From assembly GCA_963708075.1 (NCBI GenBank), contig OY970194.1, forward strand, positions 3,264,001-3,328,000: a stretch of DNA of 64,000 nucleotides. The letters are read 5' to 3'. Position numbers and translations under genes: made by a program. Source of the stretch: Sedimentisphaerales bacterium (lineage in GTDB: Bacteria > Planctomycetota > Phycisphaerae > Sedimentisphaerales > Anaerobacaceae). The notes beneath the pieces are model-generated. The model was not told the origin of the DNA. It saw only the letters and a program-made list of their open reading frames with translations, and made no database searches. Of this stretch, positions 9,500 through 19,172 are shown piece after piece; within the stretch, counting starts at the first letter, position 1; every line of letters begins with the position of its first letter.

Positions 9500-11092
9500 C
9501 TACCTCTTCTGGGCTGCGAGAATCCCGAATTGCCTGTCCACGAGCTGAGCTGACCCAAAGACTGTTTTCAGAAGCGCACCTATTTCCGCCTCGGAATACT
9601 CGCGGATGTGAGCATATGTCGAGGTCTGCACTCCCTTGCCTGTCAGCGGCGTGCTCAGAATCAGCATCCCGCCGGGTTCGAGCACCCGGTGGATCTCATG
9701 GAGCGTTTTGGCCAGTTGGACGGGCAGCAGATGTTCCGCCACCTCTGACAAAACGACATTCGTGAATGATCTGTCCGCGAATCGCAGGCAGGTCGAGTTG
9801 GAATAGATGAATTGGAGTGTCGGATGCTCCTTTGCCGCGATCTCCACCGCCTCCGTCGAGTAATCACAGCCGACCACATTTGGGCATTTGCGGGCAAGCA
9901 GGCCCGTGATCATGCCTTCTCCGCATCCCACGTCGAGAACGCGGTCCTCGCCGTCCACAAGTGACGCGATTCGCCGGCCGCGTTCACTGACATACTCGCT
10001 GATCTTTGCCGGCATGCCGTGGAGGGCCGCCCGTTCCCTCTGATGAAAATCCCAGGTGTCGCTATACCGTTTCCGGATCACTCTCGCGGGCGAGCCCGCC
10101 GCGATGCACGCCATGGGGACGGATTTCGTGACCGTGGAGTTGGCGCCGATGACGGCCCCTTTGCCTAGCGTGACATCGTCGCACAGGACAGCACCCGCCC
10201 CGAGCCAGTTGTCGCCCATTAGAAAGATTCCTCTTCCGACATTCGGCTGCTTGGTGATCGGGACATCGAAACTGTCGAAGGTGTGGTTCTGGGCGTACAG
10301 GCCGCAGTGAGGGGCGATGATCGTCCAGTCGCCGACGTAGATGCCGCCCTTGGCGTGAAAGACGGTGTAGTGATTGAGCACGCAGTGGTCGCCAATGACG
10401 ATCTCGCCGCCTTCCGCTCGAAGGACGACGCCCTTGCGAATCACGCAGTTGGCGCCGATCCGGACGTGCTGCGGCGAATCGATCACAACATCCGGGTCGA
10501 TGAATGTATTGGCGCCACAGGAGATAGAGACGCAATCCTTGTCGAGGCCTCTTACAGAGCACGTGACGGCCGGCGCGGTCGGCTCCGGCTTCTCGTCGAT
10601 GGGCCCAAGCTGTTCCAGCAATGCCTGGAGTCGTCCGACCTTGCGATACAAGGAGTGTCTTACCAGCACGAACCTGCCCGTTTCCGAGATGCTCAGCTCG
10701 TTGCCGGAATCCTCAAGTTCCCGGATGGATTCGTCCATGGCGTCCATGCGGAAGTCGAAGATCTCCCGCACGAAGAGTAGATACGTGCCTCGTGCCGACG
10801 CGGCACAGAGATCCATCAGAGAGCCGGACGACGCCGTCCCAGGGAGATCGATGAGGCGGACATTGGACATGGATATCCGGGCTGGAAGTCTCTCAGCGTC
10901 TGCCACCGTGTTGCCGAGGACAATCTCATAACCGCCGGTTATGTCCTGTCCGCTCAGTCGTGCCACATAGGCCATCAACTCGGATCGCGGAGACGAGGCC
11001 GGCAGGATGATGGAACACCGCACGCAAGCCCGGCCCGCAGAACGAGCGTCCGCCACGACGGCGGATTTGCTTTCAGGATACGTGCTTTCCAT
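9500..11092 (-). CDS. Fusion: degenerate GT2-like domain + hexapeptide-repeat (LbH) acyltransferase + class I SAM methyltransferase
   Basis: IGANCVIRKGVV/IGDHCVL/LGKGAVIGANSTVTKSVP repeats; VLDVGCGEG motif I; EVAEHL...EIHRVLEPGG. Confidence 0.85.
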   Translation of the reverse strand: MESTYPESKSAVVADARSAGRACVRCSIILPASSPRSELMAYVARLSGQDITGGYEIVLGNTVADAERLPARISMSNVRLIDLPGTASSGSLMDLCAASARGTYLLFVREIFDFRMDAMDESIRELEDSGNELSISETGRFVLVRHSLYRKVGRLQALLEQLGPIDEKPEPTAPAVTCSVRGLDKDCVSISCGANTFIDPDVVIDSPQHVRIGANCVIRKGVVLRAEGGEIVIGDHCVLNHYTVFHAKGGIYVGDWTIIAPHCGLYAQNHTFDSFDVPITKQPNVGRGIFLMGDNWLGAGAVLCDDVTLGKGAVIGANSTVTKSVPMACIAAGSPARVIRKRYSDTWDFHQRERAALHGMPAKISEYVSERGRRIASLVDGEDRVLDVGCGEGMITGLLARKCPNVVGCDYSTEAVEIAAKEHPTLQFIYSNSTCLRFADRSFTNVVLSEVAEHLLPVQLAKTLHEIHRVLEPGGMLILSTPLTGKGVQTSTYAHIREYSEAEIGALLKTVFGSAQLVDRQFGILAAQKR

Positions 11093-11423
11093 AGGTCCTC
11101 AGCATCTGTCTGCCCCGCCGGACAGCCTGGAGAGAAGTGGACGTTTCCTCGCGCTGTGCGGTCAGCGTTAGACAGAGCTCCTGGTAGAGCTGCAGAAGAC
11201 ACTGGCGAGGGTCATTGCCGCCAAGCTCTGAGAGCGTGCCCGATGCCAGAATCGCACGTACGAGATGGCCGGTATGCTCACACAGGCCCTCCGCAGCGGC
11301 TAAACGGCCCTGATGCACCAGCTTTAGCTGCTCTTCCAGCAACTCGTGCAACTTATCAAGCATCGCCTTGGCATCTGCCGTGGCTGCCCCGTTCGGTTGT
11401 TCGCCTGTACATTCGTCGCTCAT
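11073..11423 (-). CDS. Small all-helical protein, FlgN/FliT-like chaperone candidate
   Basis: 116 aa, coiled-coil character, LQAVRRGRQMLRTY C-terminus resembles FlgN/FliT-type ends; overlaps both neighbours. Confidence 0.5.
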   Translation of the reverse strand: MSDECTGEQPNGAATADAKAMLDKLHELLEEQLKLVHQGRLAAAEGLCEHTGHLVRAILASGTLSELGGNDPRQCLLQLYQELCLTLTAQREETSTSLQAVRRGRQMLRTYGKHVS

Positions 11424-12037
11424 CGGACCTCCGCATTCATATGGTCAACTTCTTCCAGGAGATTGGCGGCATCGCGGTGGGTCGGCTCCAGGGCCAGGAG
11501 GTTCAGCAGCATGGCCTTCGATCGCTCCGGCCGGCCGTCTTTCAAAAGCAGCGCCGCCAGGGCGAACATCACCGACGTGTCGCCCGGATGCATCTGGAGA
11601 TACACCTCCAGGTAGTAGATGATCTTCCCAAAGGACCCCATCTCACAAGAGACCTGGAACATGCCGAGCAAGGCCGTGATATTGTCCGTGTCGAGTTCCA
11701 GCGATTTCATGTAGAGATCGAAAGCCTGGGGGAAATCCCGCCGCTGCTGTGCGATCATCGCCAGGCCGGCGTAGGCCTTGGCGCACTTCGGGTCGAGCCG
11801 ACAGGCCACGCGAAACGCGATCTCCGCGTCATCCAGCTTGTGCTTCTGCATTGCCGCCACGCCCAGTCCCACGTAAGGCCCCGGCTCATCGGGCCCGAGC
11901 GAAGCCGCCTTCTCATAGCAACGCTGGGCCTGGTTGTAATTGCCGGTGGAAGTATAACAGTCCCCCAGCTCGCGCAAGACCTCGTAGTGCTGTGTGTGCC
12001 TGTGCCGATCCATATCGTTCATTCGTGCTGTAGTCAT
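11420..12037 (-). CDS. TPR protein
   Basis: Tandem TPR-like units (LGDCYTSTGNYNQAQRCYEKAASLGP; AYAGLAMIAQQRRDFPQAFDLYMKSLELD). Confidence 0.85.
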   Translation of the reverse strand: MTTARMNDMDRHRHTQHYEVLRELGDCYTSTGNYNQAQRCYEKAASLGPDEPGPYVGLGVAAMQKHKLDDAEIAFRVACRLDPKCAKAYAGLAMIAQQRRDFPQAFDLYMKSLELDTDNITALLGMFQVSCEMGSFGKIIYYLEVYLQMHPGDTSVMFALAALLLKDGRPERSKAMLLNLLALEPTHRDAANLLEEVDHMNAEVR

Positions 12038-12043
12038 GAATAT

Positions 12044-13735
12044 CTAAGCCCCGAAGTTCTTAAAACGGCTCGACGATGTCGAACAGCAGTCTCTTTCCGG
12101 ATGAGCCGGAATATATACGTGAGTCCCGAGCATCTGCTCGGCCTGGCAGAGCAGCCGGATCGCCGCGATGAAATCCTCTTTCCGGCGGCAGATGTTGGCT
12201 TCCAGCAGCAACGTGTCCACCGTCGGACGTTCCCGATTCACCTGGCCGCTCAGCCGGCCCGCCCTGAGATGGTCCCCCGCCTCGAAGTACGCCCGGGCGG
12301 CCATCGTCGTCATCCACAGTTGATTGCCGAAGCGCTGGCCCATGCGCTCGAACAGCCGAGCCGCCGCAGTCCATTCGCCGTCGGCCTCGGCCTGTTTGGC
12401 CTGGCGCAGCAACTCGTCGAACTGGAACGGGAGTTCCTCCTCGTTCGGCCGGCGCACCGGGATATTTGCGGCCGCGAGCGACGCCTCCACGGCCAAGTGC
12501 CTGTGGGCCCTTCGCGCCTGGTCCAGATCGGTCCGCCGCAGCACGGCCGCCCAGGATTGCGGGGTGGCGCCTTCCAGCAGGAAGCCCTCCTGGGCCGTGC
12601 TGTGCATCAGGGCGTAAAGGGACTTCTCCACCCACATCTCCTCGACGGCCATATTCCCCGGCAGGGTCGCCACGTAGTCGCCTTCGCACCTGGGCAGCGT
12701 TGCGTCGAGTCGGTCGGCCATGGAGCTGAGCGGATTCACCGGCACGAGCTCGACATTGGGCATCTGGACATTCAACCGGCCCATATCCGCAGCCGGCAAA
12801 GGAATCAAGAGCTTGTACGGATAGAATGTATATCGCCAGACGCGCAGCATCACGTTGACGGTCTGCTCGTCCAGCTTGTCCGCCAGGAGAATGATGGACA
12901 AGTCCTTCATCTTCGGCCAGGGTTTGGCCGGCCGGGTCGTGCGAATCTCCAGGATGTTCCGCAGGTACTCCTGCGGGTCCTTGCGCTGCCGGCAGGAGAT
13001 ACGGTCGGATTCCCCCGCCGGACTGTAGAACTCCCCGGTGACGATGGGGACATGATGGAAATCCGAGAAGAACGAAAGCCGGCGAGTGATGTCCCAGTCG
13101 ATGAGGATGTTCAACTGCTCGTTGTACAAGCCGGTCCTGTCGAGCAGGTCCCGCCGGTGCATCAGGGAGACGTGCAGGACGTGGTTGAAGTGAAGCATCA
13201 GGAAGGGGTCAAAGTCCCGGCTGATCTCCACCTGCTTGCTCAGGACCCGCCGGTCCCCGCCGGGCATCACCTCGCAACAGGTCTTGTACAGGTCGCTGTA
13301 CGCCGCCTGGCAGTCCGTCGGGCCTTCCAGGGCATCGACCAGCGTCCTGACATGATCCGGATAGTACACGTCATCGTCATCGAGATAGGCCACATACTTG
13401 CCTCGGGCCCGGGCCAGGGCCTCGTTCAGCGAGAACGGCTTGCCGCGATTCTCTTTACGGTCGATGAAAACTACGCGGGAATCGGGAAACGATCGAACGA
13501 CGTCACCGACCTCTTCCCCGCCGTCGCGGACGATGAATATCTCCAGATCGCGGTAGGTCTGCCGCAGCACGCTGGCGAGCGCCTCTGCCAGGTACCGGCG
13601 CCGGTTGTACGTAGGCAGCAGAACAGTGACCAGCGGCCCGCGTTTGCCGCTCTCGGCGGACACTCGCCGGGAACGCACGGGGCGGTAGTCCCGCCATGCG
13701 TTGAAAGGATCGGGCATCACTGGTGGAAAGGTCAT
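12044..13735 (-). CDS. GT2 glycosyltransferase with second degenerate GT2-like domain and C-terminal TPR-like helices
   Basis: VTVLLPTYNRRRYL...VRDGG...YVAYLDDDD; later DLSIILL...GDYVATLPG lacking DxD. Confidence 0.9.
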   Translation of the reverse strand: MTFPPVMPDPFNAWRDYRPVRSRRVSAESGKRGPLVTVLLPTYNRRRYLAEALASVLRQTYRDLEIFIVRDGGEEVGDVVRSFPDSRVVFIDRKENRGKPFSLNEALARARGKYVAYLDDDDVYYPDHVRTLVDALEGPTDCQAAYSDLYKTCCEVMPGGDRRVLSKQVEISRDFDPFLMLHFNHVLHVSLMHRRDLLDRTGLYNEQLNILIDWDITRRLSFFSDFHHVPIVTGEFYSPAGESDRISCRQRKDPQEYLRNILEIRTTRPAKPWPKMKDLSIILLADKLDEQTVNVMLRVWRYTFYPYKLLIPLPAADMGRLNVQMPNVELVPVNPLSSMADRLDATLPRCEGDYVATLPGNMAVEEMWVEKSLYALMHSTAQEGFLLEGATPQSWAAVLRRTDLDQARRAHRHLAVEASLAAANIPVRRPNEEELPFQFDELLRQAKQAEADGEWTAAARLFERMGQRFGNQLWMTTMAARAYFEAGDHLRAGRLSGQVNRERPTVDTLLLEANICRRKEDFIAAIRLLCQAEQMLGTHVYIPAHPERDCCSTSSSRFKNFGA

Positions 13736-15183
13736 CTCTGGTTCACGCTGGTCTGTGGGCCGGACATGGTGAGCGATTGCAGGTCAATCTCCGTCTCGAG
13801 CTGCGTGAGAATCCCGTTGACCTTCTTGAGCTGTTCCTGCAGCGGATAACGTTCCTGCACGAACCGGCGGTAATTCTGGGGCTGGTAATCCTGGGACAGG
13901 ACCTGCTCGCAGAACTGCTCGGCGATATTGAACAGGTATGCGGACGGGAACAGCTTCTCGGCCCCCGGAAAGTTGTGGATCACCGGCTTCAGGCCGCAGG
14001 CCATGCCGGCCAGCAGCGCCTCCACCTGGTGCTCGCCGATCCCGCCGGCGATGACGAAGTGCTTGTCGCTGAGCCAGGCATTCAGGTCCCCCGGGTACGG
14101 CTCGAAGAAGACGACCCCACCCAGGCCCAGGGTCTGAACCATGTACCGGACGTATTGTTCCAGCGAGGGGCTCTCGAAGACTCCCGAGAAAAACAGGTGA
14201 TATTGAGGATCGATGTAGTGCAGCTTCTGCATGCATTGAAGCAGGAAGGCGGGGTTGGCCTCCATCGTGAGGCAGCCCATACATGCAAGAGCCTTGCCGT
14301 GCGTTCGCGTGCGGAAGAGATAACGGTCCAGGTTCACGCCGTTCGGCACGACCACCAGGCGCGTCCGATTGCGGATATCAGGCACGTGGGGCAACAGCGT
14401 CTCCTCCACGGCCGAGCTTCCGATCTCAACCAGGATGTCCACGTCCTCCCACCGGACCTGTTTGGCCCAACGGTCGCGGATGTCGCAGCGGCGCAGGCTG
14501 ACAATCACCTTCTTCCGCTCGACCCGTCGGGACGCCTCCACGAGCATCTCGCCTCCCCCATCGAACCAGCAGATGTCGGCCCACTGCATCAGCTCGGCCA
14601 GCTTGCCGGAGTCTGTCCCGGCGTGGAACTCAGTCGTAAATCGCTGACGCACGAATTCGCACACATCGGCGAGGACCCCGTCCTCGGCACTGCCGCCGCG
14701 GAAGAACGCCACCTTCGGCCTCTTGCCGCGGACCACATCGAGGATCGGTTTGAGCACCTCCTGCTCCGGCCATAAGCGGTACGAGCGGAGAAGCACCTCC
14801 ACGGCCTGGCCCTTCTTGCCCTGGTCGAGCAGCATGGTGGCTGTGCGGTTGAGGACTTCAATGTTCAGGATGCCCAACCGCTCCATATTCTCGAACAGTT
14901 CCGCCGCCTCGCCGGCCATCCCGCCGCCGAGATATGCCTCTACAAGATTCCAGATGATCTCGCCACTACCGCCGTTGAGATCGCGGGCCCGCATGAGGCA
15001 GGCAATCGCGTCGTCGGTCCGGCCCAGGCAGTGCAGGATGGCCCCCGCGTCGTTCAGGGCCTGCACGTCGTGCGGTGTGGTCCGCAGGTGCTCGCGGATG
15101 CAGTTGAGTCCCTCCTGGTACTTGCCCTTCTCGGCAAGCTGCAAACCTCTCTGGTAGTAGCTCAAGTCCGTCTGTGTTGCCAT
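13732..15183 (-). CDS. TPR + GT4-fold protein, probably catalytically impaired
   Basis: N-terminal TPRs; VVPNGVNLDRY and GMACGLKPVIHNFPG; start at ATG 15183 behind AGAAGGAG (the ORF-track start 15243 lies inside the sigma54 promoter). Confidence 0.85.
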   Translation of the reverse strand: MATQTDLSYYQRGLQLAEKGKYQEGLNCIREHLRTTPHDVQALNDAGAILHCLGRTDDAIACLMRARDLNGGSGEIIWNLVEAYLGGGMAGEAAELFENMERLGILNIEVLNRTATMLLDQGKKGQAVEVLLRSYRLWPEQEVLKPILDVVRGKRPKVAFFRGGSAEDGVLADVCEFVRQRFTTEFHAGTDSGKLAELMQWADICWFDGGGEMLVEASRRVERKKVIVSLRRCDIRDRWAKQVRWEDVDILVEIGSSAVEETLLPHVPDIRNRTRLVVVPNGVNLDRYLFRTRTHGKALACMGCLTMEANPAFLLQCMQKLHYIDPQYHLFFSGVFESPSLEQYVRYMVQTLGLGGVVFFEPYPGDLNAWLSDKHFVIAGGIGEHQVEALLAGMACGLKPVIHNFPGAEKLFPSAYLFNIAEQFCEQVLSQDYQPQNYRRFVQERYPLQEQLKKVNGILTQLETEIDLQSLTMSGPQTSVNQR

Positions 15184-15238
15184 CGGCCGTACTCCTTCTG
15201 ACAATCTATTCCCTGAGGGCGCCATTGCTTCAGATTCC

Positions 15239-15254
15239 TGCAAATTGCATGCCG
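15239..15254 (-). promoter_or_regulatory. Sigma54 -24/-12 promoter for the glycosylation island
   Basis: Minus strand CGGCAT-GCAAT-TTGCA, correct GG-N10-GC spacing, ~55 bp upstream of ATG 15183. Confidence 0.7.
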
Positions 15255-15356
15255 TGAGGCGAAACCGCGATGGGAATCGATGGAAGTGGCGTCTGCTGTT
15301 CTCCCTGGATAGAAATCAGACACCCGTGTCTGCAAACCAGCCGAAAGGTGAGGCAC

Positions 15357-15430
15357 GGGTACCACGCTTTCGCTCGCGTAAGCGTGCCGCTGGGCGTGAT
15401 CATGTCCATGCTAGCGTGCACATGGCACCC
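15357..15430. repeat. Inverted doublet of REP-like hairpin elements (GGGTGCCATG family)
   Basis: GGGTACCACGCTTTCGCTCGCGTAAGCGTG (15357-15386) facing CATGTCCATGCTAGCGTGCACATGGCACCC (15401-15430); related copy at 38797-38826. Confidence 0.6.
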
Positions 15431-15463
15431 AGTGAGGACCTGACTTTCATAGGGGTAGAGGCT

Positions 15464-16651
15464 TTACTGGATAAAGTCCAATAATGACGTGCTCATCAAC
15501 CTGCCGGCCACGGAGAGCGACATCTGGTAGAGCACTTCCCGGCGGGAAAGGTCGATGGCAATCTGCGCGATGTCCGCCTCCTGCAGCCGTGTCGTCTCAT
15601 CCGTCGTGTTGAACTGCATGCTTTCGAGGTTGTCCTTGAGTGTGTTCAGGAATGCGACCTTCGAGCCGGTGGACACCTCCATCTGCACCAGAAGGTTGCG
15701 GACCTCCTCGACGCCGGCAACCCCCTTATCGATGTAGTCCTGCAGTTCTGTGGTGGATACCCCTCGCTCGTTGAGAAGGATGTCTCTCAGGCTGATCAGG
15801 GTCCCGAACACATCGTACGTTCCCGGCACGCGGACCAACTCGACACCGGTGCTGTGTATTCCCGTCGTGTCCACATACAAGACGCGACCGGTGCGGGAAT
15901 CTGTCACGGCCTGGCTGGTTTCTCCGCCGGCGGGCACCGTCACAAAGCTGGCCCCGTCGTCGATGGAGATGCGATAGTTCGTGCCATCGTGGTCCACGGT
16001 CAGCCAGACATCCCCCTGGACATTGGAGGTCCCCGTCCCGGCGGCGGCGCCCGTCTGGCCCAGAAAGATCGGCTCGCCGCGATCATCGTTGCGAAAAATG
16101 GCGTCGCCAACGTGATAGGCCTCGATGTCCAGGCCCGGCGCCACGTCGATGTTGCGGGACTCGTCACTGCCCTGGTAGGTCACCTGTGTAATCTTGCCCC
16201 CCTCGCGCACCACGCTGTATGGGGCGGAGCTTGTGTTGTTGCCTCCAAAGAGGTACTGATTCGCATGCTGGGTGTTGGCCAGCGAGACCAACTGTTCCAG
16301 CGTGTTGTTCAGCTTGTCGGCAATTCGCTTTTGCCCATCCAGGTCGTGGACGCCGCCGACGATCTGCGTCAGCAGCGTTCGGGTGCCCGCCAGCTCGGAG
16401 GCCATATCCGTGATGATCGTCGAGGAGATCTCCAGGTTGCCGATCAGTTCCGTGACGTTTTCCTTATAGCTGGCCAACGACCGATCCTGGGAGTTCAGCC
16501 CCAGAATGCGATACGCATCGGAGGGGCTGTCTGAGCCGCGGTTGACCCGATTGCCCGTGGCAGCCTGTTCCTGCAGCCGGGTGATCGCCCTGCCGTGCAG
16601 TTGCAGGGCGTACCGGACGTTTTCGGAGATGCTGGTTAGCGATCCGCTCAT
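15464..16651 (-). CDS. flgL: Flagellar hook-associated protein 3 FlgL
   Basis: LQEQAATGNRVNRGSDSP; SLANTQHANQYLFGG; C-term EADIAQIAIDL...STSLLDFIQ. Confidence 0.95.
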   Translation of the reverse strand: MSGSLTSISENVRYALQLHGRAITRLQEQAATGNRVNRGSDSPSDAYRILGLNSQDRSLASYKENVTELIGNLEISSTIITDMASELAGTRTLLTQIVGGVHDLDGQKRIADKLNNTLEQLVSLANTQHANQYLFGGNNTSSAPYSVVREGGKITQVTYQGSDESRNIDVAPGLDIEAYHVGDAIFRNDDRGEPIFLGQTGAAAGTGTSNVQGDVWLTVDHDGTNYRISIDDGASFVTVPAGGETSQAVTDSRTGRVLYVDTTGIHSTGVELVRVPGTYDVFGTLISLRDILLNERGVSTTELQDYIDKGVAGVEEVRNLLVQMEVSTGSKVAFLNTLKDNLESMQFNTTDETTRLQEADIAQIAIDLSRREVLYQMSLSVAGRLMSTSLLDFIQ

Positions 16652-16653
16652 GA

Positions 16654-18625
16654 TTAGACCATATTCATCAATGTCGTCATAGTTGTCTGAATACTACTGA
16701 GGTATTTTGCCACGGCCTGGAACATCTTCTCAAAGACCAGCAATTGGGCCGCCTCGTCGTTGATGTTGACGGAGCTGAGATCGTTGCGGCGTTGCTCGAG
16801 GTTCTGGAGCATAGCCTCAACATTGTCCTGGCGAGACTGCTTCAGCGACACTTGCTGGCCCAGGTTGGCGGCCATTCGATGGTAGTACTCGCCCGGGGTC
16901 ATGCCGTTGAGGGCTTCCACGGTCCCGTCGCGGACGGCCGCCAGTCTCAGGGCGGCGATGTTGTCGGCCAGATCGCTTCCGAAAGCCGTGGCAATTCGGT
17001 CGGGCGCATCGATGATGTCGCTGGAGACCCTCATCTCCGAGGCACCGGAGCCTGAGAAGAATGTATTCAGGCCGGTCGCGGCCAGGAAGCCGGACGTGTC
17101 CGTCGTAGCGAAGGCTTCCACCTCGAAACTGTCGCCATCGTTCAGTTGCCCCATGCTCAGGGAGACCTTGATGCCGCTGCTCAACTCGATCACGTCGCCG
17201 GCGGGGTAGCCGGCTCCGACATTGAGCGTGGCCACGACCCCGCCGCTGGTGTCCGTCACGTCGATCTGAAGAGCACCGTTACCCACCGACCCGCTGCCTC
17301 TGACCTGAAAGGTGAACGTCTGATTCTCACTGCCGTTGTAGATCCCGGAGACACCGATGTCGGGCGGTGAGGCGGCAGTGAGATCAGCCGCTGTGGGCTG
17401 AGGCAGCACAGCCGGAAGGAAGTCAAAGGTGTACCCCACGTCGGCAATGACGTGCAGCCGGGAGGACGCGACGGATGCATTCAGCCCGGCGATGGCGTCG
17501 ATCTTGGCGGCGACGGATTCCAGCGTGTCCGGCACAGGCCCCGACACGTTCACATCGATGGCATATCTCTCCGCACTGCCGGTAGCCACATCCGTCAGTC
17601 TCAGGTAGAAGGTCCCATCCGTGATGGGGGCATCCGTGGCGGACAGGTCCGTGCTGTTCATCGCCCACCCGGTCAACTGCTCGAATGATCCTTCCTGGCC
17701 CACCCCCTGGACGTGGTACCGATTCACTTCGTTCACGATCGTCCGAGCCAGCGTATCCAGATCGGTCTGAAAACCGGAGAGCAACTCGTTTTTCAGGGTC
17801 AGTAGTGCGCCCAGTCGTCCTCCCTGGATGTTGAGATTCGTGCCTTCACTGCCCGAGGCAAACACTCGCAGCGACTGGTCGGCCTGCAGGCTCTTCTCGA
17901 GGAACATCGTCACCGAGCCGACAACCGCCGGAAGGCCCGCGATGACGACATCGACGACGCCGAAATCTCTCTCCTGGGTTTCAATACCGGCCAGACCGGC
18001 CAGTTCCGTGATCATGCGGTCCCGGTAATCCCGCAGGTTGTTGGTCTGTTCTCCGCTGATCTCGATGTTCTGGATCTTGCCGTTCAGCTCGGCGATCTGT
18101 GAGATGAGCGCGTTGACGGAATCGACCGTATTGTTCGCCTCCAGCGCGATTTGGTCTTGCAGGTCGGTCATCAGACTGCCCAATCGCCGGAATTCATTGG
18201 TCAGGACCTCTGCCGAGCTGATCACCTCGTTCCGCCACACCCGCTCCTGGGGATGTGCCGCCAGACTCCGCAGCGCATCGAAAAAGGCGTCGACCATAGC
18301 ATTCAGCCCGCCGGCGTCGGCAAACTCGCCCAGCGTCGTCTCGATGGAGCTGAGAACGGAAAGTTCTTGAGAGACCTGCCCATAGGCGGACTTCTGCCGC
18401 ATGATCTCGCGTTCCATGAGAACCATCTATCATGCGGGTGACGCCTGCGACATCGACGCCGGCCCCTGTCTCCACGTAGCCGATCCGGCCGGTGGCCGAA
18501 GGGGATAGTTCCACCCGCTGGCGGTGGTAGCCTTCCGTCGCTGCGTTGGCAACATTGTTGCCGATGATGTCGAGCGCGGTCTGCGCCGCATTCAGGCCGC
18601 TCAATCCTATGGCATAGTTCTGCAT
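16654..18625 (-). CDS. flgK: Flagellar hook-associated protein 1 FlgK, split by a +1 frameshift at ~18423 as sequenced
   Basis: N-term IGLSGLNAAQTALDIIGNNVANAATEGYHRQRV in ORF 18194-18625; remainder to SSVNINDEAAQLLVFEKMFQA in ORF 16654-18426; removing one G gives RMIDVLMEREI. Confidence 0.92.
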
Positions 18626-18652
18626 CTTCCCGTCCTGACTCTATCGCAACTC

Positions 18653-19172
18653 TTAGAGCTGCAAGCTCATCAGTGTCGTATTCGTCTGGTGCCTTGCCTG
18701 GCCGGTGGGATTGTAGAGAACGCCCACCTGGCTGCCGGCCCCAAAGAACGTCCGTACAAGCGTTCGGTTGAATCGCGCAATCGGACACAAGAACCGCTGT
18801 CAGCATGTACTCGCCTTTGAGGTCCGCGATCAGGGAGCTGAGTTTCCTCTGTCGCGTTGCCACCGATGCCCGCTGCGGCTCCGGGAGCATCGATTGCAGC
18901 TTCGACAGTGTCAGCCGGTCCGCATCGCACTCGAGCGCCAGGGCCAGATCGGCGCGAAGCATCTGCCGCGTCTGTTCGTTGGCCGCATAGGTTTCGGTCC
19001 GGCCGCGAATCTCCGCGAGAAGCTGTTCCAGCGCCGCGTCGTCACGCTTGATGAGCAGGCCGCGAAGTGCGTCCAGTTGCACCAGAGTCGTCTCCAGATG
19101 CCGGATGTCCTCATCGAGCACGGCCAGCAGTCGTTCCACGTTCGTTTCCACCGCAAGTGATGTCATGATCAC
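18653..19172 (-). CDS. flgN: Flagellar export chaperone FlgN, frameshift at ~18776 as sequenced
   Basis: Helical protein between flgJ and flgK (LLIKRDDAALEQLL); shifted frame continues RFNRTLVRTFFG...LYNPTGQ...LMSLQL-stop at 18653, 27 bp before the flgK ATG. Confidence 0.75.

Noticed and set aside
11156..13849. 897-aa plus-strand ORF and similar long ORFs (7660-9765, 5455-7479, 3634-5343, 1345-2448)
   Set aside because: Antisense shadows of well-supported minus-strand genes in GC-rich DNA; no protein motifs
18423..18424. Programmed frameshift or phase-variable tract in flgK
   Set aside because: Only a GG dinucleotide; no slippery heptamer or long homopolymer
18303..18652. Long C-terminal extension of FlgN (likewise FlgG to 22285)
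   Set aside because: Products of frameshifts; the corrected frames stop just before the next gene
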